Origin: Minisyncoccota bacterium
Lineage (GTDB): Bacteria > Patescibacteriota > Minisyncoccia > Phycocordibacterales > Phycocordibacteraceae
Direction of reading: 5' to 3'
NCBI GenBank assembly: GCA_022842585.1
Contig: JALHPI010000002.1
Coordinates: forward strand, 1 to 57,892
DNA length: 57,892 nt
The position numbers were made by a program, and so were the translations under genes. Positions 53,159-57,892 of the stretch are shown piece by piece. The first letter of the stretch is position 1, and each line of letters opens with the position of its first letter. The notes beneath the pieces were generated by a model. The model saw only the letters and a list, made by a program, of their open reading frames with translations, ran no database searches and was not told the DNA's origin.

Positions 53159-53189
53159 AAAACGGGCGGCCATCTCGGCCGCCCGTTTT
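53159..53189 (+). terminator. Intrinsic terminator
   Basis: AAAACGGGCGGCC-ATCTC-GGCCGCCCGTTTT. Confidence 0.85.
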
Positions 53190-53214
53190 GCCTTTTGTGT
53201 TAGGATGCAAAAAT

Positions 53215-55365
53215 ATGACGAAGAAGAAGTTTAGTTTCAAAGCACTCCTCCATAGTGAGCATCCGTACGCCAAGGCCGCATACATCGGGCTCGGATGCCT
53301 CCTTTTTGGATTCGGCGCGACCCTCCTCGTAGTCGCGCTCGCTCCTGTGCCGGGGCTTGAGACGCTCTCTACGCGAAAAATCAGTGAGTCCACCCGCATC
53401 CTGGACCGCGAGGGTACGACGGTTCTCTATGACTTGAATCCGGACGTCACGCGCAACATGGTGCCTTTGACCGACGTATCGCCCAATATCCAGCAAGCGA
53501 CGCTCGCTATCGAAGACTCCGCGTTCTATTTCCACAATGGAGTGAGCCTTCCCGCTATCGCTCGCGCTATTTTCGTAAACGTAACGACCGGGCGCGCCGC
53601 GCAGGGCGGGTCGACCATCACTCAACAAGTGGTGAAGAATACCCTTCTTACAAATGAGAAGAGTATCTCTCGAAAAATACATGAGTGGGTACTCGCACTC
53701 AGGCTTGAGCAGGTATACAGCAAGGACGAAATCCTCGAGCTGTATTTCAATAACACTCCGTATGGCGGAACACTCTACGGCGTAGAGGCCGCCACCCGTG
53801 CATACTTTGGGAAGTCAGCAAAAGACGTGTCACTCGCGGAAGCCGCCTACCTCGCCGCCCTTCCCCAGGCACCCACCTACTTCTCTCCATACGGCAACAA
53901 CCGCGAAGCGCTCGATGCACGCAAAGATATCGTGCTCGACCGCATGAAGAAGCTTGGGTACATAAACGACGAAGAGTACGAGGCCGCAAGGAATGAGAAA
54001 GTCACGTGGAGTCCCCAGCGCTCAAACTCCATCATCGCTCCGCACTTCGTGTTCTATATTCAGCAGTATCTAGAAAATAAATACGGGCCGACTGCCGTTA
54101 CCCGCGGCCTTGAGGTGCAGACCACTATCGATGTCGACCTCCAGCGCGAAGCAGAATCGATTGTGAGCCGATACGGCAAAGAGAACCAGACGAAGTTCAA
54201 TGCATCAAACGCGGCGCTCGTTGCCATGGACCCTAAGACCGGGCAAATCCTCTCGATGGTCGGCTCGCGTGATTACTTCGACACGGAAATAGATGGCAGC
54301 TACAACATCGCTATCGCTGAGCGCCAGCCCGGCTCATCTTTCAAACCATTCGTGTATGCTGCCGCACTCTTGAAAGGATTCACCCCTCAGACCGCCATAT
54401 TTGACCTTCCGACGCAGTTCTCTACCGCTTGCGACCCTTCGGACGTCTTCAACACCGCGTACCCCTGCTACGCGCCGTCAAACTACGACAATAAGTCTCG
54501 TGGCCCGATGACGTTCATGACCGCGCTAGCGCAATCCATAAACGTGCCAGCAGTGAAAGTGATGTACCTCGCCGGCATAGAGAATGTGATAGACCTTGCG
54601 ACCAGTATGGGCATCACCACGCTTGGAGAGGCGAAGGAGTACGGGCTCTCGCTTGCGCTTGGCGCTGCGGAAGTGAAACTCTTAGACCTCGTAGGCGCGT
54701 ACACGGTCTTTGCAAACGATGGGAACCTCAACCCTCCGACCGGCATACTAAAAGTCACAGACTCGGACGGGGTGGTGCTTGAAGAATTCAAAGCAAATCC
54801 AACGCAAGTACTTGATGCGGGGGTGGCTCGCGATATTTCCTACATGATGTCGACGAACGAGGCGCGCTTCCCTGAGTATCCGCCAAATAACCCGTTTCAC
54901 TTCGAAGGCTACGACGTAGCCGCGAAGACCGGTACCACAAACGACTATCGCGACGCATGGACAGTCGGCTACACCCCATCCATCGTGGTGGGCGTCTGGG
55001 CGGGAAACAACGACAACAGCCCCATGGTGAAGCAGGTCGCAGGCTACATCGTCTCCCCTATGTGGCGGGAGTTTATGCAGATTGCGCTTGATACGTTCCC
55101 GCAGGAATTCTTCGGAGAGCCACGCGCCATCCCCGACAATGCTCCAGGCATTCTCCGCGGTATCTACACGGACGGAAGCGGTATCCACGACACCCTCCAC
55201 TTCGTAAACAAGGACAATCCACTAGGTGGAGGCAACTCCCGCTACGACGGCCAGTATCCGTACTGGGAATACTCACTCCACACAGCGCCTGTGATTCCTA
55301 CTCCTGAATCCATTCCCTACAACAATAATACCGACCCTGAAGGAAACCCTATTGGCTGGCAATAA
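53215..55365 (+). CDS. Class A penicillin-binding protein (glycosyltransferase + transpeptidase)
   Basis: ATG with AGGA RBS. GT51 motifs (EDSAFYFHNG, GGSTITQQ), transpeptidase SxxK (PGSSFKP), KTGT. Confidence 0.92.
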   Translation: MTKKKFSFKALLHSEHPYAKAAYIGLGCLLFGFGATLLVVALAPVPGLETLSTRKISESTRILDREGTTVLYDLNPDVTRNMVPLTDVSPNIQQATLAIEDSAFYFHNGVSLPAIARAIFVNVTTGRAAQGGSTITQQVVKNTLLTNEKSISRKIHEWVLALRLEQVYSKDEILELYFNNTPYGGTLYGVEAATRAYFGKSAKDVSLAEAAYLAALPQAPTYFSPYGNNREALDARKDIVLDRMKKLGYINDEEYEAARNEKVTWSPQRSNSIIAPHFVFYIQQYLENKYGPTAVTRGLEVQTTIDVDLQREAESIVSRYGKENQTKFNASNAALVAMDPKTGQILSMVGSRDYFDTEIDGSYNIAIAERQPGSSFKPFVYAAALLKGFTPQTAIFDLPTQFSTACDPSDVFNTAYPCYAPSNYDNKSRGPMTFMTALAQSINVPAVKVMYLAGIENVIDLATSMGITTLGEAKEYGLSLALGAAEVKLLDLVGAYTVFANDGNLNPPTGILKVTDSDGVVLEEFKANPTQVLDAGVARDISYMMSTNEARFPEYPPNNPFHFEGYDVAAKTGTTNDYRDAWTVGYTPSIVVGVWAGNNDNSPMVKQVAGYIVSPMWREFMQIALDTFPQEFFGEPRAIPDNAPGILRGIYTDGSGIHDTLHFVNKDNPLGGGNSRYDGQYPYWEYSLHTAPVIPTPESIPYNNNTDPEGNPIGWQ

Positions 55366-55368
55366 AAG

Positions 55369-55896
55369 CTAATTAGCTCGCTTTTTAAGCGAAATACTAA
55401 TTTGAATATCTATCTCTTTTCCTAAATCCGAACTTAGCCTTAGGGTGTCAAGGTATTTTTTAAGATCTTTTAAAAGTTTTTCTGAACTTATGGCCAAAAA
55501 CTGTGGATGTTCAAAATGTTCACTATTTTTACCAAAAGGAATTCCAAACGATTTTCTTACCCCATCAATATCTACAAAAAACGGGAATATTGAGTGAAGG
55601 AGGCCGTGTCTATACATATACAAAACAAATTCTGGCTCTGGCACACTTAAATAATTCAATAATGACAACAAAGAATCGTCTCCTTTGTTATTAAATTCTA
55701 TTTTTGAAGTTACCTCTAAAATCGGTAATAAAATTCTATATTTATTGTAATGGTCGTAGTTGTCCGGATCTGAAAAAGAGTCTATATGAACAAATAATTT
55801 TTCTGTTTTTTCTATTTCCCTCTCTAAAGCAATCAATATTTCCGAGATAGGATATTTTCTTAATCCTCGATCAATTTGTGTGTATTTTCGTTCCAT
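55369..55896 (-). CDS. Strongly AT-rich hypothetical protein (175 aa) abutting the dnaN stop
   Basis: ATG at 55894-55896 is immediately adjacent to the dnaN TAA (55897-55899). Composition far more AT-rich than the flanks. Contains YRHGLLHS (an Rx4H pattern). Confidence 0.6.
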   Translation of the reverse strand: MERKYTQIDRGLRKYPISEILIALEREIEKTEKLFVHIDSFSDPDNYDHYNKYRILLPILEVTSKIEFNNKGDDSLLSLLNYLSVPEPEFVLYMYRHGLLHSIFPFFVDIDGVRKSFGIPFGKNSEHFEHPQFLAISSEKLLKDLKKYLDTLRLSSDLGKEIDIQISISLKKRAN

Positions 55897-56997
55897 TTAC
55901 TGATTCATCGGCATTACAAGATAGAGGAACGAAGTATCACCTGAGCCACGGACCACAAGCGGGCGGCCAATGCCTGCCGCAGAGAGCGAGATGCTTTCGG
56001 TAGAGATGAGTGAGAGCGGAGCCTGCAGGTAGCGATGATTGAAAGAGAGTTCCAGCCCCTCCCCTGTCACTGCGACGGGGAAACTTTCCGTAGACTCACC
56101 CACATCATTATTCTGTGCCGAGAGGGTTATCTGCTTCTTCCCTACATCAATACCAAGCCGCACTTTCTGGAATGAGTCGGTGAATACTGATGCACGGCGA
56201 AGTCCTGCCTCAAAATCTTTTTTCAAGATGGTCGCTTCCGCCGCAAAAGACTTCGGAATGATTTGTGTGTAGTCAGGGTAGGTAGCAGACACAAGACGTG
56301 TGACCACTACACCCTTAGAGAAAGAGAATGAACATTGGTGCGCATCTGCATTCACGGTGATTTCATCATCCGGAAGTGTCTGGGCGATATCTATCGCATT
56401 CTTTGCGGGTACGAGGATAGAGAATGGAGATACCTTCCCCCCTACCGACACCTTCTTCTCTGCAAGACGGAATGAGTCGGTCGCTACCGCCTTCACTATT
56501 CCTCCTTCTGCGGAGAGTAAGATACTCGCAAGCTCTGGGCGGACCGTTGAGGGAGACGCGCAGGACGCTACCGATTGCAGCAGATCGCGCAAAATCACCC
56601 CTGAAAGAGAGAAGGAGGTGTTTGGAGAGTCTGGGATAGAGAGGGTTGGGAAATCATCGTAGGAGAGGGTTTTTATAGTGCTTTTAGCGTTTCCTGAAGA
56701 GATGAGTGCAGTATCTCCTGTCTGTTCTATGGTGAGGGTGCCATTTCCTGAAAAGGATGAGGTGATTTCCTTAAATACCCCAGCCGGAAGCGCTATCGCA
56801 CCTTCAGTCTTCACCACGCCCCCGATAGTGAAGTCTATTCCGGTCTCAAGGTTGGTGGCACAGAAACGAATCTTTTCTTTCGTCGCAACTATCGCGATGC
56901 CACCAAGTACCGGCAACGTACCACCTTTACGTTCCGCAAAACGAGATACTGTTCCCATCACCTCTGTCAGTTCTTTTTTATCTATAGAAATATTCAT
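55897..56997 (-). CDS. dnaN: DNA polymerase III beta sliding clamp
   Basis: 366 aa, three-domain clamp pattern, ...LYLVMPMNQ C-terminus. Downstream of dnaA. Confidence 0.93.
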   Translation of the reverse strand: MNISIDKKELTEVMGTVSRFAERKGGTLPVLGGIAIVATKEKIRFCATNLETGIDFTIGGVVKTEGAIALPAGVFKEITSSFSGNGTLTIEQTGDTALISSGNAKSTIKTLSYDDFPTLSIPDSPNTSFSLSGVILRDLLQSVASCASPSTVRPELASILLSAEGGIVKAVATDSFRLAEKKVSVGGKVSPFSILVPAKNAIDIAQTLPDDEITVNADAHQCSFSFSKGVVVTRLVSATYPDYTQIIPKSFAAEATILKKDFEAGLRRASVFTDSFQKVRLGIDVGKKQITLSAQNNDVGESTESFPVAVTGEGLELSFNHRYLQAPLSLISTESISLSAAGIGRPLVVRGSGDTSFLYLVMPMNQ

Positions 56998-57395
56998 AAA
57001 AAATACTACTTAGTTTTGTGGATATGGGGAAAACCTATAGCGCCCTTTATTCCCTTATTTTTTTCTGTTGCGAATACTACGGAAGCTGTGGATAGAGGAA
57101 AGAACAACCCGAACAACTTACCGAACAACAAACTCATCACCAATTCTTCCACACTTTTCCCAATCTTTTCCCCAGTGTTGTTGTGTGAGATATACATACG
57201 TTTTCCCCACTTTAGCGCACATCTAGAAAATAATGGCGTAGCGAAACCTTCATTCTTCGTGCGAAGCGATGATGCGGAAGACGAAGCGTATCGGGATACG
57301 TTTCGGATGAGCATCAAGCTGTAGCCGAAGAATGGAGGTTGCAGTAGCCAAGTATGAGTATTTTTTTGGTTCATACGGTTATTTTTAGATGGGCG
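56998..57395. other. dnaA-dnaN spacer with DnaA-box-like motifs (candidate oriC segment)
   Basis: TGTGGATAT (57017-57025) and TGTGGATAG (57087-57095) each match TGTGGATAA at 8/9. Weaker inverted TCTTCCACA (57145-57153). AT-rich ends. Confidence 0.45.
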
Positions 57396-57892
57396 CTAGA
57401 CTAACAACCCGCGGATATCTTGAATCTCTTTTGCAAGTTCCGCGTCATCAATCACCTCACGACGCACCTTCTCACAAGAGTGGATAACAGTCGTGTGGTC
57501 ACGCCCGCCAAGTTTTGAGCCGATGGTCGGGTACGAGACGGAGAAATCCTCACGGAGAATGTACATAATCACCTGGCGTGGGCGCACCACCTCCCTTCTG
57601 CGAGTCTTCTCATAGATGCTTTCCTCATCAATGCCATAGAACTCCGCGACTTTAGACACGACGTGCTTTACGGAGACTGACTTCGTAGGGCGCGCAAAGG
57701 AACGAAGCGATTGGCGGACTTCAGCGAGGTCTGGTGGCGCGCCTTTTACCTGTGCATGGCAGACGAGGGAGTTGATAACCCCCTCAAGCTCACGGATAGA
57801 GCCTGAAACGGAGGTAGCGACGTGCTCTATGACATCATCCCCAAGCGTCACACCATGAAGCGCGGCTTTTTTGCGCACGATAGCGATGCGGG
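57396..57892 (-). CDS. dnaA: Chromosomal replication initiator DnaA (C-terminal part; 5' end beyond window)
   Basis: The frame stays open to the window edge (..RIAIVRKKAALHGV..). Domain IV motif HTTVIHSCEKV. Confidence 0.93.
   Translation of the reverse strand, partial: RIAIVRKKAALHGVTLGDDVIEHVATSVSGSIRELEGVINSLVCHAQVKGAPPDLAEVRQSLRSFARPTKSVSVKHVVSKVAEFYGIDEESIYEKTRRREVVRPRQVIMYILREDFSVSYPTIGSKLGGRDHTTVIHSCEKVRREVIDDAELAKEIQDIRGLLV

Noticed and set aside
57006-57374. 122-aa ORF (-) and 102-aa ORF (+) in the dnaA-dnaN spacer.
   Set aside because: They have no RBS or start context and an AT-rich, low-complexity composition. The region is better explained as a DnaA-box-bearing spacer.

Overview
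57.9-kb chromosomal window from a small-genome bacterium. The gene content (many stand-alone translation and replication genes, a DUF5652-like protein, small HNH genes, a pilM/N/O + pilB set) suggests Patescibacteria/CPR, but that is inference only. The left edge is recA (5' partial). The right edge is dnaN and dnaA (partial), separated by a 390-bp spacer carrying DnaA-box-like motifs. Most genes are on the minus strand, co-oriented with dnaA/dnaN. Recognisable content falls into these groups:
- Aminoacyl-tRNA synthetases: metG, glyQS, ileS, argS.
- Ribosomal and translation genes: rpsF, ssb, rpsR, rplK, rplS, rpsT, efp, nusG, secE.
- A thymidylate/folate cluster: glyA, tmk, thyA, dcd-like, 5-formyl-THF cyclo-ligase, folA.
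- Recombination and replication genes: recO, ruvX, ruvA, ruvB, ruvC, polA, holA.
- A Zur-like regulator divergent from a ZIP transporter.
- Isoprenoid genes (polyprenyl synthase, uppS), murE, a class A PBP, and 9 tRNA genes.

No rRNA, CRISPR array, transposase or integrase was seen. The unusual signal is mostly non-coding: three families of structured intergenic repeats in which stems covary while loops and junctions are conserved.
- Family C (4 copies) always sits just 3' of a tRNA gene. It is closed by an inverted plus a direct copy of that tRNA's own 3' end, forming a tRNA-like acceptor/T minihelix.
- Family B (4 copies) is a rod-like element of about 120-170 nt.
- Family A (2 copies) is an 84-nt two-hairpin module overlapping the stop codons of rpsF and rplK.

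Other notable items:
- A histidine-phosphatase domain inserted inside IleRS.
- Two AT-rich HNH genes, each fused onto the 5' side of a tRNA gene.
- A 20-nt perfect palindrome present twice.
- A promoter-to-terminator structured RNA of about 270 nt between ssb and rpsR.
- Several AT-rich orphan ORFs, one of them abutting dnaN.

All calls come from reading the sequence and ORF track. No database search was run.
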